NCBI GenBank assembly: GCA_023139105.1
Contig: JAGLOF010000016.1
Location: 959-64,958, forward strand
Source: a bacterium
GTDB taxonomy: Bacteria > Zhuqueibacterota > QNDG01 > JAGLOF01
Direction: 5' to 3'
Length of the DNA stretch: 64,000 nucleotides
The notes under the pieces were generated by a model. That model had not been told where the DNA came from and ran no database searches. It worked only from the letters and a program-made list of their open reading frames with translations. A program made the position numbers and the translations under genes. This document shows, piece by piece, positions 1-7,012 of this stretch. Position 1 is the first letter of the stretch. Every line of letters begins with the position of its first letter.

Positions 1-149
1 TGAGTGGCAACGATTAATGCTTCTTGAGCCTCTTCAATCCAATAATCACGAACAACTTGAAAATCAAAAATATTTATATTTTTATTTGGCATAGAGCCTT
101 TAAATCCTTTAATGCAGATTTCTTCCATTCAATTCTATAAATAGCCATT
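1..149 (-). CDS. RelE/ParE-like toxin, N-terminal part only (continues beyond left edge)
   Basis: Hand translation from ATG at 149: MAIYRIEWKKICIKGFKGSMPNKNINIFDFQVVRDYWIEEAQEALIVAT... This is a short-toxin style N-terminus. Its ATG overlaps the stop of the upstream antitoxin-like frame (ATGGCTATTTATAG), the usual TA coupling. It is absent from the ORF track because fewer than 60 codons lie inside the window. Confidence 0.35.
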
Positions 150-311
150 TTTTTTCAATTGTTTAATTACATCATCATGCGAAATCGTATCCTCGTCTCT
201 TCACTCAGCAACTATAGCCAGATCATGTAAATCTTCCAACAAGTGATCATATACACCAATAGGTAAGATTACAGACCGTCTATTACCTTTGTCGTCTGTA
301 ATATAATTCAT
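136..311 (-). pseudogene. Phd/RelB-type antitoxin remnant (frame disruption near the 5' end plus in-frame TGA)
   Basis: Hand translation: the ATG at 311 reads MNYIQTTKVIDGL*. The conserved-looking frame (..TDDKGNRRSVILPIGVYDHLLEDLHDLAIVAE*RDEDTISHDDVIKQLKKNGYL*) has no start codon and is shifted relative to that ATG. It is also interrupted by TGA at 202-204, where an Arg codon (CGA) would be expected. The TAG at 136-138 overlaps the toxin start. Confidence 0.4.
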
Positions 312-355
312 TTGTTTAACGCTAGACATATCTTGCTCCTGTCTGGTTTCACTTC

Positions 356-589
356 CTACAAAATCACATACGATCTCATACCATTTTTTAAAAGTATATT
401 AAATATAATGTAAACTGTACAATGGCTAATTTTTTTATAGCTCTGAGCGGCATCGGCTTCAACAGCATTTGCCCCGATAGATGTCGCGGAGCGTAAAAGC
501 TGTTTAGACATAACAAATTCTTTCTTATGGTAAATCAGATATTTATATGTTTCAATAACCTTTAAGGAAAAATCAAAAGTCTTTTCCAA
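356..589 (-). pseudogene. four-helix-bundle protein (23S rRNA intervening-sequence / Avd-like family), C-terminally truncated
   Basis: The first ~53 aa (..FSLKVIETYKYLIYHKKEFVMSKQLLRSATSIGANAVEADAAQSYKK) carry the family hallmark LLRS.TSIGAN..EA. The remaining 24 aa (ISHCTVYIIFNILLKNGMRSYVIL) are unrelated, and the ORF is about half the usual length. Confidence 0.6.
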
Positions 590-604
590 TATTATATTTT
601 ACTT

Positions 605-643
605 TTCATCATTCATCATTCATCATTCATTATTCATTATTCC
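605..643. repeat. 7-bp tandem array A1 (TTCATCA x3, TTCATTA x2, partial unit)
   Basis: Counted directly. It overlaps the last codons of 630..827 and ends 16 nt from the start of 356..589. Confidence 0.95.
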
Positions 644-827
644 TAACCTGCATTGCTGCTTTGCTGACACCTTCAACAGATAAATTTTGAAATAAAGTTC
701 TCTGCCATTTGGTATAATCAAATGGTTCTTTTAATAAAAGAGATATAAATTTTTCAGCATCCACACTACCCAACTCTCTGGAAAGTGCATCTAAACCTTT
801 TATTTTAATTTCCATCTCAGTTAACAT
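630..827 (-). CDS. small helical protein, probable antitoxin-type partner of the upstream PIN-like ORF
   Basis: From the ORF track. Its ATG lies 3 nt after the stop of 831..962. KGLDALSRELGSVDAEKFISLL...DYTKW resembles small partners encoded next to PIN-like toxins (from memory, not searched). Confidence 0.45.
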   Translation of the reverse strand: MLTEMEIKIKGLDALSRELGSVDAEKFISLLLKEPFDYTKWQRTLFQNLSVEGVSKAAMQVRNNE

Positions 828-830
828 TGA

Positions 831-962
831 TCAACCCTCAATTTCATCGTTAAAGATTTTTTCTTGTATATATAACTTTGCTTCCGTTTCAATACGAATC
901 CTGATCTGTCGTTGATCATCAAAAGGTCTATTTAAACAACCATTATCCAAATAAATTCTCAT
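831..962 (-). pseudogene. 43-codon ORF matching only the N-terminus of PIN-like toxins (stub)
   Basis: Hand translation: MRIYLDNGCLNRPFDDQRQIRIRIETEAKLYIQEKIFNDEIEG*. The D-x-x-C-L-N-R-P-F-D-D-Q start is typical of a ~150-aa PIN-like family (from memory). Here the ORF ends after 43 aa. Confidence 0.35.
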
Positions 963-1022
963 GTACTCTTTCCAATAGAAGTCACTGATTATTTAATAAA
1001 TAAAGTCTGATTCAGCATAGGA

Positions 1023-1277
1023 TTAATCCTCTATTTCAGAAAACTCATCAACAGGCATCAAAATTGACTTTTTGGGTTGACGCGTTGATCCTTGCAAAGC
1101 CAAGAAATCATTCTCAATTTTTTTTAATACTTTGCTTTGAAAGTATTGCTCTCCGCAATAGTCACACTCTTCGCAAGGAACATCATTGACCAATAAAAAG
1201 TGATTATCATGTTTATAGATGTATTGCGTCTTTTTTTCACTGATATTTTTATTACCGCAAAAACTACAGACTTTCAT
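1023..1277 (-). CDS. YgiT-type zinc-finger protein (MqsA-family antitoxin-like)
   Basis: Two CxxC pairs (CSFCG ... CEECDYCGEQYF), 84 aa. It overlaps the upstream DUF4258 gene by 4 nt. Confidence 0.75.
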   Translation of the reverse strand: MKVCSFCGNKNISEKKTQYIYKHDNHFLLVNDVPCEECDYCGEQYFQSKVLKKIENDFLALQGSTRQPKKSILMPVDEFSEIED

Positions 1278-1621
1278 TGTTCACCTCTTTCATATATATT
1301 TTTAAACTTGGGAGGTGTGGGTATATAGACGGTAATAATCACGAGGCAATTATCTCTTACTCCGCATACAACATGAACTGGCACGCCGCTTTCAGTAAAA
1401 CCGCCAAGTAAACAACTTATCCCCCTGCCAGTATCTTCATAAGACTCAATAATCCTGCCGTTTACTATCGCCTCTTCAATATCTGTAATATACAGATTAT
1501 CATTTTGTCTTTCAAGGTCGCCATGCTTTGAAAACCAATAATCGTTGTCCCTGACACAATTTTTGATCCAGTCAATGTCTAAAGTCCTGTCCATAAAATC
1601 CTTCAAAAAACGACAGATCAA
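1274..1621 (-). CDS. DUF4258-family toxin-like protein
   Basis: FSKHGDLERQ...ITDIEEAIVNGRIIESYEDTGRG..PVHVVCG...LVIITVYIP matches the DUF4258 pattern, and the gene is coupled to the zinc-finger gene. An alternative start lies at 1594 (MDRTLD). Confidence 0.7.
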   Translation of the reverse strand: MICRFLKDFMDRTLDIDWIKNCVRDNDYWFSKHGDLERQNDNLYITDIEEAIVNGRIIESYEDTGRGISCLLGGFTESGVPVHVVCGVRDNCLVIITVYIPTPPKFKNIYERGEQ

Positions 1622-1873
1622 TAAAGATCAATGAAAAGGTAAGTGTGTCCATATTTTTCTATAATACTATTATTGACAAGTGAGGCAAGTGCCTTTTGAG
1701 TAGTAGAAACCGCTGAAAGGCGGAATCTGCGAGCATATTGATTCGAAAAAATATTTTGCCCGCTAATTGCCAACACTTATAAATAAATTTCTGATAAGCA
1801 GTCTAACGATCAAACAATTCAAAATGGATAATTAAACACCCCCAACACAAACATCAAGCACCTTCAAAAATTA

Positions 1874-1901
1874 TTCATCATTCATCATTCATCATTCATT
1901 A
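1874..1901. repeat. 7-bp tandem array A2 (TTCATCA x3, TTCATTA x1)
   Basis: Counted directly. It uses the same units and orientation as A1 and ends 5 nt from the hicB stop. Confidence 0.95.
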
Positions 1902-1905
1902 TAAA

Positions 1906-2118
1906 TTATGCAAAAACCAATCGCTTACCACGCGGTTCCGGAACCATATCTCCATAGGCGATTGCAGTATCAATCAATAACCGAATAGCCTCTTCAATAT
2001 TTTTCAGCGCGGTTTCATATGAATCTCCATGGGCACAGCATCCCGGCAGCTCCGGAACCTCTGCAATAAAGAGATTGTCCTCTTCACTCCAATAGATGAT
2101 AATCTCATATTTCCCCAT
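1906..2118 (-). CDS. hicB: HicB-family antitoxin
   Basis: YEIIIYWSEEDNLFIAEVPELPGCCAHGDSYETALKNIEEAI is the classic HicB/UPF0150 N-domain. No intact hicA lies upstream. Confidence 0.8.
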   Translation of the reverse strand: MGKYEIIIYWSEEDNLFIAEVPELPGCCAHGDSYETALKNIEEAIRLLIDTAIAYGDMVPEPRGKRLVFA

Positions 2119-2211
2119 AAGTTTTCATATCCCGGATGTAAAGTTGAGTAGGGAGCTGGCTCATCGCACCTTCTTTGTATGACTGTTAATGGCTTTTGAA
2201 CGTTTTACTCC

Positions 2212-2335
2212 GGTTCTTTTAATAAAAGAGATATAAATTTTTCAGCATCCACACTACCCAACTCTCTGGAAAGTGCATTTAAACCTTTTATTTTTATTTC
2301 CATCTCAGTTAACATTGATCAATCCTCAATTTCAT
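2212..2335. repeat. 124-bp duplicate of 724..847 (5' half of the 65-aa gene plus the end of the PIN-like stub)
   Basis: Hand alignment gives 121/124 identical, in the same orientation. Confidence 0.9.
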
Positions 2336-2353
2336 TAATAAATGCAACCGGAT

Positions 2354-2491
2354 TCAATATAATAATTTTTTACCAATTTCATCATAGGTGGTGCCATCTG
2401 CCATACAACCAGGTAATTCCGGCACTTCTACAACAAAAAATTTATCCTCATCACTCCAATAAATAATCATTTCATAGCGAGTATTAATCAC
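2354..2491 (-). pseudogene. HicB-like N-terminal fragment
   Basis: Hand translation: (V)INTRYEMIIYWSDEDKFFVVEVPELPGCMADGTTYDEIGKKLLY*. It parallels hicB 1906..2118 but stops after ~45 aa. Confidence 0.5.
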
Positions 2492-2495
2492 AAAT

Positions 2496-2807
2496 TTAAT
2501 GACATCTCTTAAAAATCACCTGCCCCTCATCATCAATATGCTTTCTCAGGGCCTTATTCTTTATTTCATGATAGATCAGCACATCAACACAATAGGGGAC
2601 TGGTCCCTTCTCATTCATCAGGATAGAAACAGTACGTGCATCATTAAGGGTCAATTTTTTTCCAAATAAAGCCAAATCAATATCAGAACCCTTCCTGGCA
2701 TTTCCCATAGCCCGCGACCCAAAAAGAACTACTTTTTCAACGGCCTGCTGTGCATGCATGACTGACATCATATAATTATAGCTCTTAGCTGAGATTCCAT
2801 ATTCCAT
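2496..2807 (-). CDS. minimal nucleotidyltransferase (MNT) of an MNT/HEPN pair
   Basis: Contains the GSRAMGNARKGSDIDLAL motif (GS-x-G-x-SD-x-DL). Confidence 0.8.
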   Translation of the reverse strand: MEYGISAKSYNYMMSVMHAQQAVEKVVLFGSRAMGNARKGSDIDLALFGKKLTLNDARTVSILMNEKGPVPYCVDVLIYHEIKNKALRKHIDDEGQVIFKRCH

Positions 2808-3208
2808 TATTGCATCTTCAACAATTGATTATATAGCACCTTCAGCAATGGGAAATAAGTAGTACGGATATCACTCTCAACTCGCAACATGATAGCTTCA
2901 TCGTATACATGGACAGTCAAATTTCTGTCATTGAGCGCTTCCAGCCAATTTTCACCGTCCTCAATCAAATCAATTTGAAAGGCCTGCTTGATTACGTCCC
3001 GGGGCGTTTTCACAAGAAACCCCTCTGATTCCAGGTAATCTTTCAAAGTTTTCCAACCCAATTCAAAGGTAATTTCATAGAATTGTATTAACCCGCCCCG
3101 CTCAGCCTCCGAGGGCTCTGCAATGGACATAGTTCTTTCCAATAAATGGAAAGATTTCTTAAAATTCTCAAATCGCTGTTTCCAACGGATAATCTTAAAA
3201 TTGTCCAT
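2807..3208 (-). CDS. HI0074-family nucleotidyltransferase substrate-binding (HEPN) protein
   Basis: WKQRFENFKKSF..L......E..GLIQ.FE.T.EL.WKTLKDYL fits the family. The likely start is MDNFKII at 3208 rather than the ORF-track start at 3241. Confidence 0.8.
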   Translation of the reverse strand: MDNFKIIRWKQRFENFKKSFHLLERTMSIAEPSEAERGGLIQFYEITFELGWKTLKDYLESEGFLVKTPRDVIKQAFQIDLIEDGENWLEALNDRNLTVHVYDEAIMLRVESDIRTTYFPLLKVLYNQLLKMQ

Positions 3209-3288
3209 GATAGTCCAGGAGCAAATGAAAAGTTTATACACAAAAAGTAACGATTTAGCATCTTTTACAGGACGGACTCTTTACCCTT

Positions 3289-3702
3289 CTAAACATACAA
3301 AGTATAAATAACTGAATAATATTCCTCAAGATCCTTCAGGTGTTTCTCCATAATACTCTTCAGAATATCCAGATCAATTTGCTGATAATCATGTACCGCG
3401 ATATTCCGAAACCCAACCATGCTCGACATCTTATTAAAAATCTCTTTCTCAATCAAACCATTGGTGTGCAGAACATGAAAACATTCCCTGTAAGTAGCAG
3501 GCAACTTCAAACCACGTTCACTGATTACAATATTGGCCATGTCAATTGCCGCTTGAATAGCCCGCTGAAGATTGAGAACAAAAACATCCTGTATCATTAC
3601 ATCATCAAGGCTGGACACATTGAGAGCAGTAACCTTGTGAATAGTGTTCAGACAGTTTTTTATAATAGAAATTTTGGAGAGAATCACATCTTTTTCAAGC
3701 AT
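3289..3702 (-). CDS. hepT: DUF86/HepT HEPN toxin
   Basis: Carries the R-x4-H motif FRNIAVHDYQQID. The likely start MLEKD at 3702 overlaps the end of mntA. Confidence 0.8.
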   Translation of the reverse strand: MLEKDVILSKISIIKNCLNTIHKVTALNVSSLDDVMIQDVFVLNLQRAIQAAIDMANIVISERGLKLPATYRECFHVLHTNGLIEKEIFNKMSSMVGFRNIAVHDYQQIDLDILKSIMEKHLKDLEEYYSVIYTLYV

Positions 3703-4096
3703 AAATCCGCCCATTAAGCATATGCTCTTCAATAATTTTTCGGCTTATCTTAAAATCAATGTATTGAGTGATTATACCTGCCTTATAACTGATAAAAACT
3801 ACCGGATCGTTGTTCACTAAAAGGCGACCATTGGCCAGGGCTTGCATGGAAATGATCAAATCCGCATCATTCAGGAACACAATGTCACATTCATAGGGCG
3901 ATACATCCCAAAACGAACGACGAAAGGCCATTTTATCATCCCATGAAGGGGGCTGAGAAAGATAGACGGCCAGATCAATATCGCTCTCGGCATTGAAACT
4001 ATTGCCAAGAATAGAGCCAAAGGCCAAGGCAAACACGGTCCTAGCTTCAAGAATAGGCGTGACGATTGAGAGAATATGTGATTGATTTTGAGTCAT
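3695..4096 (-). CDS. mntA: MntA-type nucleotidyltransferase antitoxin
   Basis: Contains the FGSILGNSFNAESDIDLAVY motif. The likely start is MTQNQ at 4096. Confidence 0.75.
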   Translation of the reverse strand: MTQNQSHILSIVTPILEARTVFALAFGSILGNSFNAESDIDLAVYLSQPPSWDDKMAFRRSFWDVSPYECDIVFLNDADLIISMQALANGRLLVNNDPVVFISYKAGIITQYIDFKISRKIIEEHMLNGRIYA

Positions 4097-4305
4097 TAAA
4101 ATAAACAACCTATAAATAGAACGGAAGACACTAAGAAATACAAGAACTATTTATTTATACTGGCTCTTCTCCGTGGTTCTCCGTGTGCTTAGTGGGCTAA
4201 TCTTTTAATCTCTTAGGAAATTGAAGAGCACCGCCCACGAGGACACTTAAAGACAATGAAAAATGAATATTGATTTATTGGACATATTGATTAAAATAGA
4301 AGCAT

Positions 4306-4503
4306 CTATTTCAACGTAGCTTCAATCTGTACTAAAAACTGTTCAACATCACTCAGATTCCGAATCATGGCCTGACATATTTGCTCATAATCGATTTTAT
4401 CGTAATCATATACCCATGACCGCCTTTCTCTGGGCCAGGAAATCAAATGCGCTATGACGTATAGATATCTCATATTGATGCCGCATCTCCAGGTCCGAAT
4501 CAC
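4306..4503 (-). pseudogene. HepT/DUF86 tail remnant
   Basis: RRSWVYDYDKIDYEQICQAMIRNLSDVEQFLVQI aligns with RNIAVHDYQQIDLDILKSIMEKHLKDLEEYYSVI of the intact hepT, but with His replaced by Tyr. The N-terminal ~100 aa are missing, and the rest of the ORF overlaps the MNT gene out of frame. Confidence 0.45.
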
Positions 4504-4810
4504 AGAGAATTACGCCTTCACAGACAATTGTGTCGGCCAGCACCAGGTTTTGCAGTGTATTCAGTATGATCACATCAACCTTGTTACACTTTAATGCACG
4601 CATGCAATCGGCAATTAATTGTAACCTGAATTCTAAATTGATACATACGCTATTCACGTAAAAAGCCAAATCTGTATCAGAGACCATTGATCTCTCACCG
4701 GTAACTGTGGAACCAAAACAATAGGCAAAAAGAATTTGGCCTTGATATTTTTTGAATACCGGCTGTAGTTGGATCTGAATTTTTTCGACATCAGAAGAAG
4801 GCATCAGCAT
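4406..4810 (-). CDS. MntA-like nucleotidyltransferase (partner HEPN decayed)
   Basis: Contains the FGSTVTGERSMVSDTDLAFYV motif. The likely start is at 4810 or 4804 (MLMPSSD); the longer ORF-track start adds a hydrophobic artefact. Confidence 0.7.
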   Translation of the reverse strand: MLMPSSDVEKIQIQLQPVFKKYQGQILFAYCFGSTVTGERSMVSDTDLAFYVNSVCINLEFRLQLIADCMRALKCNKVDVIILNTLQNLVLADTIVCEGVILCDSDLEMRHQYEISIRHSAFDFLAQRKAVMGI

Positions 4811-5102
4811 AAATTCTAAAGTTAGAAAATTAAAAAACATAATCAAAGGCAGAGCCCAAGCAATGCTCTGCCAACTCAGTCCCATATCCGGACCGTGCGG
4901 GAGAAAAATAATATTTGTATTGCCAAAGAGATGTGCATTACAAAGTGCTAAAAAAATAATCCACTAAATACACAGTGCTGAATTATTGGCGAATTTAAAA
5001 TCACATGATAATGGATTAGTGGGCTGTAAAAAGATAATAAATTATTCGGTAAAAATCAAGAGCGAATTCTGAATTAATTATATATAACACATCAGCCCAT
5101 TG

Positions 5103-5687
5103 TTATTTTAGATTGACAACAAGTTCATCCTTAAGATATTTCAAGCTACATTTCGGACATATAGCATCAGCACTATTTGAAAAATCCAACCTGGCACCAC
5201 ATTCACATACCCAGCCGACTATGCGTGCAGGATTACCAACTACCAGGGCGTAATCCGGCACATCTCTGATAACAGTGGAACCTGCACCAACAAAACAGTG
5301 CCTGCCAAGTGTATGTCCGCAAACAATGGTAGCATTGGCTCCAATAGAAGCACCTTCCTTGACCAGTGTGTCCAGGTAAAACTTAGAACCACGCTGTGGA
5401 TACTTACATCTGGGGTTCATAATATTTGTAAATACCATTGACGGGCCACAAAATACATAATCCTCAAGAGTGACACCTTCGTAGATTGAAACATTGTTCT
5501 GAATCTTGACATAATTACCGATGGCAACATTATTGGCAACGTTGACATTCTGACCAAGAGTGCAAACTTTACCAATTTTTGTACCGGACTGCACATGAGA
5601 AAAGTGCCAGATACCCGTGCCTTCGCCTATCTCTACATTATCATCCACATAAGCGGATTCGTGAACTCTATATTTTTTTTCACTCAT
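5103..5687 (-). CDS. hexapeptide-repeat N-acetyltransferase, WbpD/WlbB-like
   Basis: Left-handed beta-helix repeats (IG.G..I..F..V...) followed by a C-terminal GNPARIVGWVCECG tail. It sits next to the oxidoreductase and aminotransferase genes. Confidence 0.8.
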   Translation of the reverse strand: MSEKKYRVHESAYVDDNVEIGEGTGIWHFSHVQSGTKIGKVCTLGQNVNVANNVAIGNYVKIQNNVSIYEGVTLEDYVFCGPSMVFTNIMNPRCKYPQRGSKFYLDTLVKEGASIGANATIVCGHTLGRHCFVGAGSTVIRDVPDYALVVGNPARIVGWVCECGARLDFSNSADAICPKCSLKYLKDELVVNLK

Positions 5688-5710
5688 AACTAAACCTTTT
5701 ATTAAAGAAA

Positions 5711-5911
5711 TGGCACACGGATGACACGGATTTGATAGATAAAAGCGGATTAAATATTATAACTCTAAAATAAAAAATTACGTTTATTCCATATTCTGCG
5801 TGTCACTACTATTACTTGAAATTTCATGCATGAAGAATATCCATGCTTTTATTAAAAAAGTTATATTTTTATCAGTGACTATCGCTCTCAATCCGTTCTT
5901 TCCGTGTGCCA
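5711..5911. repeat. inverted pair of CACGGAT-type modules (arms 5711-5732 and 5890-5911) around a 157-nt AT-rich spacer
   Basis: The left arm is TGGCACACGGATGACACGGATT. The reverse complement of the right arm is TGGCACACGGAAAGAACGGATT. They match at 18/22 positions. The pair fills the spacer between 5918..6871 and 5103..5687. Confidence 0.8.
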
Positions 5912-5917
5912 ATGGTT

Positions 5918-6871
5918 TTATAGCTCTTCTGACGCTTTTTCAAGAATCTCCAGCACATCAACGGCATTACGACTATTGGCAATTTCAATGGGCCGGCCGT
6001 CCAGATGCTCAACAAAATAACGCAACTCAGCAGTAAGCGGAGCGTCACCATGGTAGGGAATGACATCACTGGGGCCGTCGCGCTTTACTGGCGCGCCCTG
6101 AATCCAATCTATCCCCTTCTCATAGAATAACAGTTCCTTTTCTTTGGTGGAATCCTCAAAAGAAAGCATACCCTTGGAACCGATTATTACAAGACGCTGC
6201 TCCTTGAAAGGGTGCAGCCAGGAGACAAATATATGGCCGACTATATTATCGGGATACTCCAGAATAGTCATAGTGGAATCATGTATATGGGGTTGTACAA
6301 AAGCACCGCCACGACTGGTAACCGACATAGGTCTATCTTCAATTAAGTACTGAAATATGGCAATATCATGAGGTGCAAAACTCCAGAGAATATTCTCCTC
6401 AGTGCGTACAGTGCCCAGATTAAGGCGATTGGAATAAATATATTGAAGCTTCCCAATCTTCCCCGATCCCAAAAGTTCTTTAATCTTTAAAATAGCAGGA
6501 TGAAAAAGCAGCACATGACCCACCATAAGATTGACACCCTTTTCATCAGCCAAATTTTTCAGAGTATGGGCATCAGCAGCTGTAAGTGTAATGGGTTTCT
6601 CCACCATTACATGATGACCGGCGGTTATAATCTTAAAAGCAAGCTCAAAGTGCGTCTCTGCGGGCGTGGCTACGGTGTAGCCGTCAAAACCGTGCTTAAG
6701 AGCCTCATCCAAAGTCTCAAAGATGCGAAGATCAGGGTAGACCGACTGAAGCTCGGAACACGTGCGTGGATTGGCCTCAACCACACCGCCAAGAGCCTCT
6801 AGTCCGATCAATGTTTTTATATGATTTTTACCCCAACGACCAGCACCGACAACACATACTTTGTAATTCAT
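5918..6871 (-). CDS. Gfo/Idh/MocA-family sugar-nucleotide oxidoreductase, WbpB-like
   Basis: Rossmann start MNYKVCVVGAGRWGKNH. The start at 6871 is preferred: the 22 extra codons of the ORF-track call read through the repeat module (IRVISV). Confidence 0.8.
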   Translation of the reverse strand: MNYKVCVVGAGRWGKNHIKTLIGLEALGGVVEANPRTCSELQSVYPDLRIFETLDEALKHGFDGYTVATPAETHFELAFKIITAGHHVMVEKPITLTAADAHTLKNLADEKGVNLMVGHVLLFHPAILKIKELLGSGKIGKLQYIYSNRLNLGTVRTEENILWSFAPHDIAIFQYLIEDRPMSVTSRGGAFVQPHIHDSTMTILEYPDNIVGHIFVSWLHPFKEQRLVIIGSKGMLSFEDSTKEKELLFYEKGIDWIQGAPVKRDGPSDVIPYHGDAPLTAELRYFVEHLDGRPIEIANSRNAVDVLEILEKASEEL

Positions 6872-6897
6872 AGGATTTCCTTTTAACGAAACAAAGA

Positions 6898-7001
6898 GCA
6901 ATCGCACACTGATGACACGGATTAAATGGATGACCACAGTCTAATTAATTATAAAAAATCCGCTTTGATCCGTTAAATCCGTGGTATCCGTGTTCCATTG
7001 C
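6898..7001. repeat. imperfect inverted repeat of CACGGAT-type modules (arms 6898-6939 and 6960-7001)
   Basis: Hand alignment of the left arm with the reverse complement of the right arm gives 30 of 42 positions complementary. The loop is TCTAATTAATTATAAAAAAT. It lies between 7013..8149 and 5918..6871. Confidence 0.7.
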
Positions 7002-7012
7002 CTTTAATATTT

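Noticed and set aside
202-204. In-frame TGA in the antitoxin as evidence for stop-codon reassignment
   Set aside because: TGA terminates other well-supported genes here (for example 831..962, and the metG stop in the ATGA overlap at 58049-52). The same gene also has a frame disruption, so pseudogenisation is the simpler reading.
356-589. Four-helix-bundle (Avd-like) gene as part of a diversity-generating retroelement
   Set aside because: No reverse transcriptase and no template/variable repeat pair occur anywhere in the window, and the gene itself is truncated.
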